Assembly: GCA_002358875.1 (NCBI GenBank)
Contig: DEPS01000076.1
Span: 2,486 to 57,806, forward strand
From: Lachnospiraceae bacterium UBA3386
GTDB taxonomy: Bacteria > Bacillota > Clostridia > Lachnospirales > Lachnospiraceae
Reading direction: 5' to 3'
Length of the DNA stretch: 55,321 bases
Shown: piece by piece, positions 1 through 9,572 of the stretch
How positions within the stretch are numbered: position 1 is the stretch's first letter
How the letters are laid out: the number at the start of each line of letters is the position of its first letter
Notes under the pieces: model-generated
What the model saw: only the letters and a program-made list of their open reading frames with translations
Database searches by the model: none
What the model was told of the DNA's origin: nothing
Made by a program: the position numbers and the translations under genes

Positions 1-1551
1 GCGCCTGAGGAGAAAAAAGAGGAGGCTCCCGCCGTTGTTGCAGCAGAGCCTGTAGAAGAGGCTGCGGCACCTGTGCCTGCAGAGCCCGAGCTTCCCCAGC
101 CCAGGCGCAGCATCGCCTTTATCGGTTCCGAGTGCTACCCGTTTGTAAAGACCGGCGGACTGGGCGATGTCATGTATGCCCTTCCCAAGGCACTGATCGG
201 CCAGAACTGCGATGTCAGAGTGATCCTTCCCAGGTATAAATGTATTCCCGAAAAATACCAGAACCTGATGGTCTACCGCGGAGCCTTCGAAATGGATCTG
301 TGCGCGGACGGGAAGAAGTACTATGTCGGCATCATGGAATATGTGTGGGACGGCGTTGTCTATGATTTCATCGATAACGAGGAATTCTTCAGCTATGGAA
401 AGCCCTACACCAACCTGATCGATGACATTCCCAAGTTCTGCTATTTCGGCAAGGCGGCGCTTGCGGCTCTCAATTACATGGACTGGATCCCGGATGTGAT
501 CCACTGCCATGACTGGCAGGCGGGTCTGGTGCCGGTCTATCTGCGCACCTTCTTCGACAATACGCCGATCGGCCGCTCCAAGGTCATGATCACGATCCAC
601 AACCTCCGCTTCCAGGGTATCTATGATATCCCCACCATCCAGTACTGGTCCGGACTTCCGGATTATGTCTTCAACAAGGATGCGCTCAAGCAGGGCTATA
701 ACGATGCCAACATGTTCAAGGGCGGCCTCACCTACGCCAATATGATCACGACCGTCAGCAGCACCTATGCGGGAGAGATTCAGACGGAATTCTTCGGCGA
801 GAACCTGGATGCCCATCTCCGCTATCACTCCGGCAAGCTCCGCGGCATCATCAACGGTATCGACTACGGCATGTGGGATACAGCGACGGATTCCCTGCTG
901 GCGGCGCCCTATGACCTCTCCAATGTCCTTGACAACAAGAAGAAAAACAAGCTCGCCCTGCAGGAGGAGCTGGGTCTTGAGAAGGACGAGGGCAAGTTTG
1001 TCATCGGCCTGATCTCCCGTCTGACCAACCAGAAGGGCCTGGATCTCATCAACGCCATCGTTCCCGCCATCATGGACGGCAACACCCAGGTCGTCGTTCT
1101 TGGTACCGGCGATGATGAGTACGAGAACTCCTTCCGCGGCTATGAGTATCAGTATAAGGGAAGCTTCTGCGCAAACATCATGTACGACGAAGGCAGGGCC
1201 CACAAGATCTATGCCGGATCAGATGCCCTTCTGGTACCGTCCCTGTTCGAGCCCTGCGGCCTGACACAGCTGATCTGCATGCACTACGGCACTGTGCCGA
1301 TCGTCCGCGAGACCGGCGGTCTAAAGGATACAGTCCAGCCCTTCAACGATTTCACCAACGAGGGCAACGGCTTCACCTTCGACAGGTATGAGGCAGGTCT
1401 CCTCCTGGATGCGATCAACAGGGCCAAGACGCTCTACTTCACAGACCGCTATCGCTGGGATGAGATGGTCCAGCGCGACATGGCCAAGGATGTTTCCTGG
1501 GAGAATTCCGCGAAACAGTACCGCGCCCTTTATGTCGAAATGACTCAGTAA
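1..1551 (+). CDS. glgA: Glycogen synthase (GT5), 5'-truncated by window edge, with Ala/Pro/Glu-rich N-terminal extension
   Basis: KTGGLGDV, HCHDWQ, TIHNLRFQG, SRLTNQKG and PSLFEPCGL motifs; the frame is open from base 1 (APEEKKEEAPAVVAAEPVEEAAAP), so the true start lies upstream. Confidence 0.95.
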   Translation, partial: APEEKKEEAPAVVAAEPVEEAAAPVPAEPELPQPRRSIAFIGSECYPFVKTGGLGDVMYALPKALIGQNCDVRVILPRYKCIPEKYQNLMVYRGAFEMDLCADGKKYYVGIMEYVWDGVVYDFIDNEEFFSYGKPYTNLIDDIPKFCYFGKAALAALNYMDWIPDVIHCHDWQAGLVPVYLRTFFDNTPIGRSKVMITIHNLRFQGIYDIPTIQYWSGLPDYVFNKDALKQGYNDANMFKGGLTYANMITTVSSTYAGEIQTEFFGENLDAHLRYHSGKLRGIINGIDYGMWDTATDSLLAAPYDLSNVLDNKKKNKLALQEELGLEKDEGKFVIGLISRLTNQKGLDLINAIVPAIMDGNTQVVVLGTGDDEYENSFRGYEYQYKGSFCANIMYDEGRAHKIYAGSDALLVPSLFEPCGLTQLICMHYGTVPIVRETGGLKDTVQPFNDFTNEGNGFTFDRYEAGLLLDAINRAKTLYFTDRYRWDEMVQRDMAKDVSWENSAKQYRALYVEMTQ

Positions 1552-1630
1552 CAGATACATGAGCCCTGTGCCGGGGGACAGACCGCGTCCGCCGGGGCAG
1601 TATAAGACATAAAAACTGACGGAAGAAAAG

Positions 1631-1669
1631 ATCCCTGACCGGACTTCAGATGACCGGTCAGGGATTTTT
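1631..1669 (+). terminator. Rho-independent terminator after glgA
   Basis: Perfect 12-bp stem ATCCCTGACCGG (1631-1642) / CCGGTCAGGGAT (1654-1665) followed by TTTT. Confidence 0.8.
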
Positions 1670-1808
1670 GTGCCCAAAAGAGAGCAAAACGTTCCTAAAT
1701 CCATGCCATATGGGTGACAAAAATATTCCTGACAGTATTGCTTTTATGATAATATAGAAGTAACATGCACTGGAAATATTAAATGCATAGATAGAAGGAC
1801 GGCAGATT

Positions 1809-2597
1809 ATGACAAAGGTGAAAAGAAGTATTGTAATCCTTGCTCTGTTAACTGTTGTTTTTTCTCTGACTGTCGTAAAGGCTGAAGAAAACAGCAAAGC
1901 GCAGTCTGCTGCAGCGTACGCGAACTTTAGAAACGTCAGGGCGGGAAGTATCGGATTAAACAGTTTATATCGCAGCCAGCATCCTGCCAACGGCTCGAAG
2001 AGGGCCATCTGTGCAAACATGCTGATGCAGGAAAAGGGTATTCAGTTCGTATTGAATCTTTCAGACTCAAAAAAGAGCCTGGAAAAATATTTTGTAAAAA
2101 ATAAAGTCACCCAGTCGTATTATTATAAAGAACTGTATGATCAGGGAAGGGTCTATACCGCCCATCTTAGCGTCGAACACAAAGGTTCTTCCTATCGTGA
2201 GAAAGTTACTTTGTGTGTGAGGTGTATGGCTTATTACGGAGGCCCTTATCTGGTACACTGTGAAATAGGAAGAGACCGGACCGGATTTTTAATTCTTCTG
2301 CTGAAGAGTCTGATGGGCGCTCCCTATACTGATATATTGGACGATTATGCCAGGACTTATACTGATCGATACTGCTACAGTTATAAGGATGCTCAGAAAA
2401 AGGCAAGGGATCATGTCGGAAGGGAATTTAATTACATTACCGGAAAGAGTAAAAAAACAGACTGGAGTAAAATAGATCTTGCCATGTATGCGGAGAGATA
2501 CCTGAGAAAAGGCGGGATGACGGAGAATGAGATTACGGCGCTGAGAAGGAATCTGTCAATTACTTATCTGAACAGCAATGCCGGAACGGCCAAATAG
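1809..2597 (+). CDS. Exported tyrosine-phosphatase-family protein (IphP/MptpB-like)
   Basis: P-loop LVHCEIGRDRTG (HCxxGxDRTG), NFRN and LYRS motifs; N-terminus basic + hydrophobic + VKA cleavage-like site. Confidence 0.8.
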   Translation: MTKVKRSIVILALLTVVFSLTVVKAEENSKAQSAAAYANFRNVRAGSIGLNSLYRSQHPANGSKRAICANMLMQEKGIQFVLNLSDSKKSLEKYFVKNKVTQSYYYKELYDQGRVYTAHLSVEHKGSSYREKVTLCVRCMAYYGGPYLVHCEIGRDRTGFLILLLKSLMGAPYTDILDDYARTYTDRYCYSYKDAQKKARDHVGREFNYITGKSKKTDWSKIDLAMYAERYLRKGGMTENEITALRRNLSITYLNSNAGTAK

Positions 2598-2612
2598 GAT
2601 CGGGGAAGCAAT

Positions 2613-4085
2613 ATGTCAGTAAACAGAACGATGATGCAGTATTTTGAATGGTACCTGCCGAATGACGGGCTCTGGTGGAAACGCTGTGCGGCCAAGGCGC
2701 AGAATCTCGTCGGGATCGGCGTCACGGATGTCTGGCTCCCGCCTGCCTATAAGGGAACCTGTCAGGAGGATGTCGGTTACGGCGTCTACGATTTGTATGA
2801 TCTCGGAGAATTTGACCAGAAAGGAACCGTGCGGACGAAGTACGGGACGAAACAGGAGTATCTGGAGGCAATAAGGGCTTTCCATGATGTCGGTATTCGT
2901 GTTTTTGCGGATATTGTGCTAAACCACAGGATGGCAGCCGATGAGGCGGAGGATGTAATCGCCGTGTCCGATTCGCCGGAGGACCGCACGCAGCAGGTCG
3001 ACGGAGAGCACCGGGTTCGGGTCTGGTCAAAATTCACCTTTCCGGGAAGAGCGGGAAAATACAGTGATTTTATCTGGGATCACCGGCATTTTTCCGGAAC
3101 GGATTATGACGACTATAAAAAAGACGAGGGGCTGATCTATCGCTTTGCGGGTAAGCAGTGGAGGAAGGACACGGATCCGGAGAAGGGAAATTTCGACTAC
3201 CTGATGGGCATGAATGTCGATATGAGCAGTCCCGTCGTCCGGGGGGAGCTGCGCAAATGGCTTCTGTGGTATGTCCGCGAGACGGGGATAGACGGTCTGC
3301 GGCTTGATGCGGTAAAGCACATCAGCTTTTCTTTCTATAAAGAGCTCCTGAAGCAGGCCCGGGGAGAGCTCGGCTGGCAGATCCCGGCGGTAGGAGAGTA
3401 CTGGAACAGCGACGTCGGGCGCCTTCTTTACTATCTGGAGTGTGTGGACGAGGAAATGTCCCTCTTTGATGTGGCGCTCCATTACCGGTTTTTCAATGCT
3501 TCGCAGGCAGGCAGCAGCTATGACCTGCAGAAGATCTTCGACGATACACTGGTCAAAAAACGCCCTGATCATGCGGTGACCTTCGTGGATAATCACGACA
3601 CACAGTACGGGCAGAGCCTGCAGTCCTTCGTGGCGGACTGGTTCAAGCCACTGGCATATGCCATGATCCTTTTGCGGGAAGGCGGAACACCCTGCATTTT
3701 CTATTCGGACTACTACGGAAATCCTGTGCAGAACAGACCTCTCGTGCCCAACCTGGGCAAGATGATAAAGATCCGCCGCGGATACGCCTACGGAGAGCAG
3801 GAGGATTATTTTGATGATCCGAATGTTGTCGGATGGGTGAGGCGGGGAACGCCGGACCATCCGGATTCCGGCCTTGCTGTTGTCATGAGCAACGGAAGTG
3901 ACGGACAAAAGCGCATGTTTATGGGAAAACAATATGCGGGCGATGTCTATCGCGACGCACTTGGAGACTGCCCGGAGCCCGTTGTCATCGACGAGGAGGG
4001 CTTTGGCACCTTTGGAACCAGGGGAGGCTGTGTCTCGGTCTGGGTCCGTGAGGTCGGATTCGAGTACCTTGTGGTCACGGAGTAA
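2613..4085 (+). CDS. amyA: Cytoplasmic alpha-amylase (GH13, subfamily 5-like)
   Basis: TMMQYFEWY, VGYGVYDLYDLGEF, DIVLNH, GLRLDAVKH, GEYW and FVDNHDT motifs; no signal peptide. Confidence 0.92.
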   Translation: MSVNRTMMQYFEWYLPNDGLWWKRCAAKAQNLVGIGVTDVWLPPAYKGTCQEDVGYGVYDLYDLGEFDQKGTVRTKYGTKQEYLEAIRAFHDVGIRVFADIVLNHRMAADEAEDVIAVSDSPEDRTQQVDGEHRVRVWSKFTFPGRAGKYSDFIWDHRHFSGTDYDDYKKDEGLIYRFAGKQWRKDTDPEKGNFDYLMGMNVDMSSPVVRGELRKWLLWYVRETGIDGLRLDAVKHISFSFYKELLKQARGELGWQIPAVGEYWNSDVGRLLYYLECVDEEMSLFDVALHYRFFNASQAGSSYDLQKIFDDTLVKKRPDHAVTFVDNHDTQYGQSLQSFVADWFKPLAYAMILLREGGTPCIFYSDYYGNPVQNRPLVPNLGKMIKIRRGYAYGEQEDYFDDPNVVGWVRRGTPDHPDSGLAVVMSNGSDGQKRMFMGKQYAGDVYRDALGDCPEPVVIDEEGFGTFGTRGGCVSVWVREVGFEYLVVTE

Positions 4086-4120
4086 TGAAAAGAACATCGG
4101 CTATTATTCACGGGACACCG

Positions 4121-4158
4121 GGCCGGGGGACCTCATGGTATAAAGAGGTTTCCCGGCC
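4121..4158 (+). terminator. GC-rich stem-loop after amylase (possible terminator or repeat remnant)
   Basis: 14-bp stem GGCCGGGGGACCTC / GAGGTTTCCCGGCC with two G-U pairs, loop ATGGTATAAA; weak U tract. Confidence 0.45.
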
Positions 4159-4170
4159 TGTCGCTTTCTG

Positions 4171-4179
4171 TGCTATACT
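4171..4179 (+). promoter_or_regulatory. Putative extended -10 promoter for lipid kinase gene
   Basis: TG-C-TATACT about 45 nt upstream of the start; no convincing -35. Confidence 0.45.
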
Positions 4180-4224
4180 GTCCTCAGACGGTTCGCAAAA
4201 AAACTTAATGGAGTAGATTATTCC

Positions 4225-5295
4225 GTGGAGAAAAAAGGCATGTCCTGGAAAAAGATTCTGTTTATTTTTAATCCCGTGGCGGGAAAATCCCTGATCAGGA
4301 ATTATCTTGTTGATATCCTGGAAATATTATCTGCTGCGGATAACAGGGTGGTCTGTTATCCGACGAAAGGGCAGGGAGATGCCAGGCGGCTGGCAAGCAC
4401 TTTTAAAGAGGATTACCGCTGCATTGTATGTGCGGGCGGCGACGGAACGCTGGATGAGGTCGCGGGAGGACTGATGGAAAATCCGAAGACGGAAAATCCC
4501 AAAAAGCTCCCTGTGCCGATCGGCTATATCCCGGCAGGTACGACCAACGATTTTGCCTCGAGTCTGGGCATTTCTTCAGACATGCGAAAGGCAGCCAGAG
4601 TCGTTGTCAGCGGCCGTCCCTTTCTCTGCGACATAGGTCTGTTTAACAGAAAGGACTATTTTACCTATGTTGCGGCTTTCGGGATCTTTACCGGCACGTC
4701 CTATCAGACGCCCCAGGAGCTTAAAAACCAGCTGGGTCACTTTGCCTATATTCTGCAGGGCATGAGTGAACTGGGACAGATGCATGCCTACCACATCCAT
4801 GTTGAGGCAGCTGTACAGCCAGGCGGACCTGCTCCGGATGTGTCCCGCACAGCGGCATCTTCCTCCCTGCCCGGAAAGCCCGGGAAAGGTGATGCTTCAT
4901 GGGGGGCGGTGTCCGTAGATCCGTCCCCGGAACCCGCTGCTGCAGAGACTATATACTCTGTTGACGGAGAATTTGCCTTTGGAATGATCACGAATTCCCG
5001 ATCCATCGGAGGCTTTCGGAACATTACCGGCACGGATGTCGACCTGCAGGACGGTCTGTTCGAGGTCACCCTCATACGGATGCCTAAAAATCCGCTGGAG
5101 ATGAGCGAGATTCTGATGGCGATAGGAAATCCGGAAATAACGACCGGTATGATGGAAAATTTCAAGGCATCGAGGATCACAATGAAATGCAATGAGAGGA
5201 TTGCCTGGACCCGTGACGGAGAGTATGCCGGATCCCATAAAAGCGTCGTAATTGAGAACCTCCAGAAGAGACTCAGGATTATCGTTCCGACGTAA
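4225..5295 (+). CDS. Diacylglycerol kinase family lipid kinase (YegS/DgkB/BmrU-like)
   Basis: NPVAG, GGDGTLDEV, PAGTTNDFA and DGE motifs; contains an extra ~45-aa Pro/Gly/Ser/Ala segment. Confidence 0.9.
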   Translation: MEKKGMSWKKILFIFNPVAGKSLIRNYLVDILEILSAADNRVVCYPTKGQGDARRLASTFKEDYRCIVCAGGDGTLDEVAGGLMENPKTENPKKLPVPIGYIPAGTTNDFASSLGISSDMRKAARVVVSGRPFLCDIGLFNRKDYFTYVAAFGIFTGTSYQTPQELKNQLGHFAYILQGMSELGQMHAYHIHVEAAVQPGGPAPDVSRTAASSSLPGKPGKGDASWGAVSVDPSPEPAAAETIYSVDGEFAFGMITNSRSIGGFRNITGTDVDLQDGLFEVTLIRMPKNPLEMSEILMAIGNPEITTGMMENFKASRITMKCNERIAWTRDGEYAGSHKSVVIENLQKRLRIIVPT

Positions 5296-5340
5296 AAAAC
5301 TCCAGTAAGGCAGGTATAACTGTGAAAAAAGATTGCCGTC

Positions 5341-5369
5341 TTTATTCTTTTTTTATCCTGTGATACAAT
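5341..5369 (+). promoter_or_regulatory. Putative sigma-A promoter of block A
   Basis: TTTATT-N17-TACAAT with TG extension (TGATACAAT at 5361-5369). Confidence 0.55.
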
Positions 5370-5454
5370 GGTAACAGCATTCCGGCGTTCAGCAGAACTG
5401 CTGTGACAGACGATACTATCAGTTACTTTCCATGAGCGGAGGGAAAAACAGACT

Positions 5455-6474
5455 ATGACTATCATTGTGACCGGCGGAGCCGGTTTTATCGGAAGTAATT
5501 TTATTTATTATGAGCTTGAAAAGCATCCGGAAGACCGGATCGTCTGTATCGATAAGCTGACCTATGCGGGAAATCTTTCTACACTGGCTCCTGTAATGGA
5601 AAAAGAGAATTTTCGCTTTGTGCGTCTGGATATTTGTGACAGGGATGGAATATACAGGCTGTTCGAAGAAGAAAAGCCTGATATAGTCGTGAATTTCGCG
5701 GCAGAATCCCATGTGGACCGTTCGATCGAAAATCCGGAGATCTTTCTGACGACGAATATTATCGGGACCAGCGTGCTGATGGATGCCTGCCGCAAATATG
5801 GTATCAGGCGCTATCATCAGGTCTCAACGGACGAGGTCTACGGGGATCTTCCGATCGACCGTCCCGATCTGTTCTTTACTGAGGAGACTCCCATCCATAC
5901 CAGCAGTCCCTACAGCAGCTCCAAGGCTTCGGCGGATCTTCTGGTCCTTGCCTATCACAGGACATACGGACTGCCGGTCTCGATCAGCCGCTGTTCGAAT
6001 AATTACGGTCCCTATCACTTCCCTGAGAAGCTTATACCTCTTATGGTCATCAATGCACTGCATGATAAACCGCTCCCTGTCTACGGTGAGGGACTTAATG
6101 TCCGCGACTGGCTCTATGTAGAGGATCACTGCAAGGCCATTGATCTGGTCATGAGAAAGGGCCGCGTCGGCGAGGTATATAACATTGGCGGCCACAATGA
6201 GATGAAAAACATAGACATAGTCAGGCTGATCTGTAAAGAGCTCGGAAAACCCGAGAGCCTTATCACTTACGTGACGGACCGCAAAGGGCACGACCTGCGC
6301 TATGCTATCGACCCCACCAAGATCCATAACGAGCTTGGCTGGCTTCCCGAGACCATGTTCCGCGACGGGATAAAAAAGACCATCCGCTGGTATCTTGACA
6401 ACCAGGCCTGGTGGCAGCCCATTATTGACGGAGAATATCAGAATTATTACGAGCAGATGTACGGCGGCAGGTGA
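5455..6474 (+). CDS. rmlB: dTDP-glucose 4,6-dehydratase
   Basis: [54 protein letters not shown]. Confidence 0.97.
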   Translation: MTIIVTGGAGFIGSNFIYYELEKHPEDRIVCIDKLTYAGNLSTLAPVMEKENFRFVRLDICDRDGIYRLFEEEKPDIVVNFAAESHVDRSIENPEIFLTTNIIGTSVLMDACRKYGIRRYHQVSTDEVYGDLPIDRPDLFFTEETPIHTSSPYSSSKASADLLVLAYHRTYGLPVSISRCSNNYGPYHFPEKLIPLMVINALHDKPLPVYGEGLNVRDWLYVEDHCKAIDLVMRKGRVGEVYNIGGHNEMKNIDIVRLICKELGKPESLITYVTDRKGHDLRYAIDPTKIHNELGWLPETMFRDGIKKTIRWYLDNQAWWQPIIDGEYQNYYEQMYGGR

Positions 6475-6480
6475 AAGAAT

Positions 6481-6557
6481 AAATATTCTGCCCGATGGCA
6501 AAACGTTTAAACCGCATTTGTCGGATGCACGCACTTACGTGCTGCAAGGGGTATAAA
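6481..6557 (+). repeat. Dispersed palindromic repeat, copy 1
   Basis: 6489-6521 matches 29266-29298 at 32/33 nt; ends in GGGGTATAAA like the 29253 copy. Confidence 0.85.
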
Positions 6558-6559
6558 TA

Positions 6560-7486
6560 ATGAAAATTCTTGTGACAGGCGTCGGAGGCCAGCTGGGGCA
6601 CGACGTCATGAATGAACTGTACAGCAGAGGCCATGAGGGAGCAGGTACGGATTTGGCGGCTGCCTATTCCGGCGTGCAGGACGGTACGCCTGCTGTTTCC
6701 ATGCCGTATTTTTCCCTGGATATCACGGACAGGGAAGCGGTCCTCTCTGCGGTGAAAAAGGAAAAACCTGACGCAGTCATCCACTGCGCCGCCTGGACGG
6801 CAGTGGATGCTGCGGAAGATGAGGACAAGAGAGAAAAGGTTCAGGCGATCAATGCGGGAGGCACAAAGAATATTGCTGATGCCTGCAAAATGATCGGGGC
6901 AAAAATGCTTTATCTTAGTACGGATTACGTGTTCGACGGACAGGGGGAGGAACCCTGGAAACCGGACTGCAAAGATTACAGCCCCCTCAACGTGTACGGG
7001 CAGAGCAAGCTAGACGGGGAGCTGGCCGTAGCCGGCACGCTGGACAGATTTTTTATTGTCCGTATCGCCTGGGTCTTTGGAGTGAACGGTAATAATTTCA
7101 TCAAAACCATGCTCCGGATCGCTCAGAACCATGATACCGTACGGGTGGTCTGTGATCAGATCGGCACGCCGACTTATACAGCGGACCTGGCCCGCCTTCT
7201 CATCGATATGATCGAGACTGAAAAATATGGATATTATCATGCGACCAACGAGGGAGGTTATATCTCCTGGTATGACCTTGCCTGTGAAGCCTACCGCCAG
7301 ACAGGCTGTACGACAAAGGTGATCCCGGTCACGACGAAGGAATACGGCCAGTCAAAGGCCAAAAGGCCCTTCAACAGTCGTCTCGACAAATCAAAGCTTA
7401 CAGAAAACGGCTTCACTCCTCTTCCGGACTGGAAGGATGCTGTGGGACGTTATCTTTGCGCTATCCATGCGTCTTTCAATTTATGA
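6560..7486 (+). CDS. rmlD: dTDP-4-dehydrorhamnose reductase
   Basis: TGVGGQLG, HCAAWTAVD, STDYVFDG, YGQSK, DQIGTPT. Confidence 0.96.
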   Translation: MKILVTGVGGQLGHDVMNELYSRGHEGAGTDLAAAYSGVQDGTPAVSMPYFSLDITDREAVLSAVKKEKPDAVIHCAAWTAVDAAEDEDKREKVQAINAGGTKNIADACKMIGAKMLYLSTDYVFDGQGEEPWKPDCKDYSPLNVYGQSKLDGELAVAGTLDRFFIVRIAWVFGVNGNNFIKTMLRIAQNHDTVRVVCDQIGTPTYTADLARLLIDMIETEKYGYYHATNEGGYISWYDLACEAYRQTGCTTKVIPVTTKEYGQSKAKRPFNSRLDKSKLTENGFTPLPDWKDAVGRYLCAIHASFNL

Positions 7487-8175
7487 AGAAACTCATCATC
7501 ATCCCTGCCTATAATGAGAGCGAGAGCATCCGCAGCACCGTTCTGGATATCAAAAAGGACGCGCCCGGGTTTGATTATGTCGTCATTAACGACTGCTCTA
7601 CAGATGACACGGAAAAAATCTGCAGGGAAGAGAATTTTAACTACATCAGTCTTCCGATCAATCTTGGAATCGGCGGTGCGGTACAGACCGGCTTTCGGTA
7701 CGCATGCGCGAACGGGTACGACATCGCCGTTCAGGTGGACGGGGACGGTCAGCATGATGTCCGATTTCTGGACCGCATGGCGGAAGCGATGACTGCGCAG
7801 GGGGCAGACATGGTGATCGGCTCCCGCTTTATCGAAAAGAAGGGCTTTCAGTCCTCCGCCATGCGACGGACGGGCATCGCTTTTTTTACCGGGCTGATCC
7901 GGCTGATGACGGGAGTTACAGTCACGGATCCCACATCCGGTTTTCGTATGGTGAACCGCGATACGGCGGAGCTCTTTGCGCAGACATATCCCAGGGATTA
8001 TCCTGAACCGGAGAGCATCGTTTTCCTGCTCCACAAGGGAAAAAGGATCGCGGAGGTCCCGGTAAAGATGCGTGAGCGGCAGGGAGGGGTCTCCTCGATC
8101 CGTTTTACCGCTTCTGTCTACTATATGATCAAGGTCACTCTCGCAGTGCTGATCGAGCGGCTGCGGAGCAGATGA
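7483..8175 (+). CDS. GT2 polyprenol-phosphate glycosyltransferase (DPM1/GacI-like)
   Basis: IIIPAYNE, NDCSTD, NLGIGGAVQTG, DGDGQH, IGSRF, DPTSGFR; start moved to ATG 7483, which overlaps the rmlD stop (ATGA). Confidence 0.88.
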   Translation: MKKLIIIPAYNESESIRSTVLDIKKDAPGFDYVVINDCSTDDTEKICREENFNYISLPINLGIGGAVQTGFRYACANGYDIAVQVDGDGQHDVRFLDRMAEAMTAQGADMVIGSRFIEKKGFQSSAMRRTGIAFFTGLIRLMTGVTVTDPTSGFRMVNRDTAELFAQTYPRDYPEPESIVFLLHKGKRIAEVPVKMRERQGGVSSIRFTASVYYMIKVTLAVLIERLRSR

Positions 8176-8192
8176 AAGGATAGGAGGCTGCA

Positions 8193-8639
8193 GTGCTGAG
8201 CGTAAAACTGCAAATATTCATGATCCTGGCATTTCTGGCCGCCCTGCTTTTTCTGATTCAGCAGGTCAGGAACCGGAAGCTGGAGCTGCGGTATACCCTC
8301 TCCTGGCTGCTTCTTGACATTGTACTCCTGATCCTGGCCGTTTTTCCGTCGCTTCTTCTGGTCATGTCCTCCGCGATGGGAATTTACGCGCCTGTCAACA
8401 TGATCTTTTTCTGCGGATTTGCCTTCTCACTTTTTATCATTTATACCCTGACAGCTGCCATCTCGAAGATGGCCGAAGAGATCAAGCGTCTGGCACAGCG
8501 AATCGCTCTTTTGGAGAAGCAGGCTGAGGCTTCAGAGGCAAACCTGAGTAAAATACCGGATTCCTGCCCGGACAGTCCGGACCCGGAAAAGGCAGTTGAA
8601 TTGGAAAAGAGCACGTTCCCTGATGAGCAGGCCGATTAG
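8193..8639 (+). CDS. DUF2304 family small membrane protein (GacJ-like partner of the upstream GT2)
   Basis: Three hydrophobic helices, 'YTLSW', 'MGIYAPVN', C-terminal coiled segment 'IKRLAQRIALLE'; directly follows a DPM1-like GT2; SD GGAGG. Confidence 0.8.
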   Translation: MLSVKLQIFMILAFLAALLFLIQQVRNRKLELRYTLSWLLLDIVLLILAVFPSLLLVMSSAMGIYAPVNMIFFCGFAFSLFIIYTLTAAISKMAEEIKRLAQRIALLEKQAEASEANLSKIPDSCPDSPDPEKAVELEKSTFPDEQAD

Positions 8640-8710
8640 AAACGGAAGTGTCCGTATATCAGAAATGCCGGCTTGAAAAACCGCCGGAATAAGCGAGAGG
8701 ACATAAAGGA

Positions 8711-8746
8711 GCATCAAGGGCATGCCGCACCGGTGTGCGGCATGGG
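8711..8746 (+). repeat. Palindromic repeat right-end module
   Basis: Perfect 10-bp hairpin CATGCCGCAC-CGGT-GTGCGGCATG (8721-8744); TGCGGCATGGG shared with 29312 and 31266; ATGCCGCACCGG shared with 38607. Confidence 0.7.
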
Positions 8747-8755
8747 AGATGAAAA

Positions 8756-9568
8756 ATGAAAAAAAACGAACCTTCAGCCCGGGATCACACTTTCGCGATC
8801 TGTGCCTACGGGGAGAGCCCATGGCTCGAAGACTGCCTGCTTTCACTCAAAAGCCAGACAGTGAAAACAAACATAATTATGGCAACGTCGACCCCGAACG
8901 ATCATATCCGTGCCCTGGCCGGCAAGTATGACATTCCTTTGTTTGTGAACGGGGGGGAAGGCGGCATCACACAGGACTGGAATTTTGCCTATACGAGGGC
9001 AGAGACAAAATATGTGACGATCACTCATCAGGACGACCTGTATGAACCTGATTATGCAGAGAAGGCGCTTCGGATGCTGAGCCGGTCCCGGTGTCCCCTT
9101 ATTTTCTTTTCTGATTATTACGAGATCAGGGATGGCGAGGCGGTCCTTGAAAACCGTCTGCTGAACATCAAGCGTCTGATGCTTATGCCGATCCGGCTCC
9201 CTTTGGCGGAGCGTTCGCGGTGGGTCCGCAGAAGGATCCTGTCTTTTGGGTCTGCGATCTGCTGCCCGTCTGTCACATTTGCAAAGGAGAATCTGCCATA
9301 CGCCGTCTTCCGGCACGGTTTCCGCGCCTGTGAAGACTGGGAGGCATGGGAGATGATCTCAAAGCGCAAAGGTGAATTCCTTTACTGCCCGGAACCCCTT
9401 ATGGGACACCGCATTCATGAGGACTCCGAGACGTCCTCCACTATAATAGATAACCGGCGCAGCGAAGAAGAATACAGGATGTTCCGGAAATTCTGGCCGG
9501 CCCCTGTCGCCCGTCTTTTGGGCGGACAGTACAGGAAGGCGCAGGATTCAAACAGGCTCGGCGGATGA
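8756..9568 (+). CDS. GT2 glycosyltransferase
   Basis: FAICAY, GITQDWN, HQDD, CCPSV, EDW, HRIH motifs. Confidence 0.85.
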   Translation: MKKNEPSARDHTFAICAYGESPWLEDCLLSLKSQTVKTNIIMATSTPNDHIRALAGKYDIPLFVNGGEGGITQDWNFAYTRAETKYVTITHQDDLYEPDYAEKALRMLSRSRCPLIFFSDYYEIRDGEAVLENRLLNIKRLMLMPIRLPLAERSRWVRRRILSFGSAICCPSVTFAKENLPYAVFRHGFRACEDWEAWEMISKRKGEFLYCPEPLMGHRIHEDSETSSTIIDNRRSEEEYRMFRKFWPAPVARLLGGQYRKAQDSNRLGG

Positions 9569-9572
9569 GCAG

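Noticed and set aside
1563..1605. GC-rich imperfect hairpin ending in GGGGCAGTATAA as a repeat-family member
   Set aside because: Only the TATAA tail resembles the family; too little similarity to support
1809..2597. Calling it a PTP-like phytase
   Set aside because: P-loop is HCxxGxDRTG (IphP/MptpB type) rather than the HCxxGxGRT of characterised PTP-like phytases
8759..8766. A8 run just after the GT2 start as a phase-variation tract
   Set aside because: Gene is in frame and Lys codons after ATG are common; no supporting evidence
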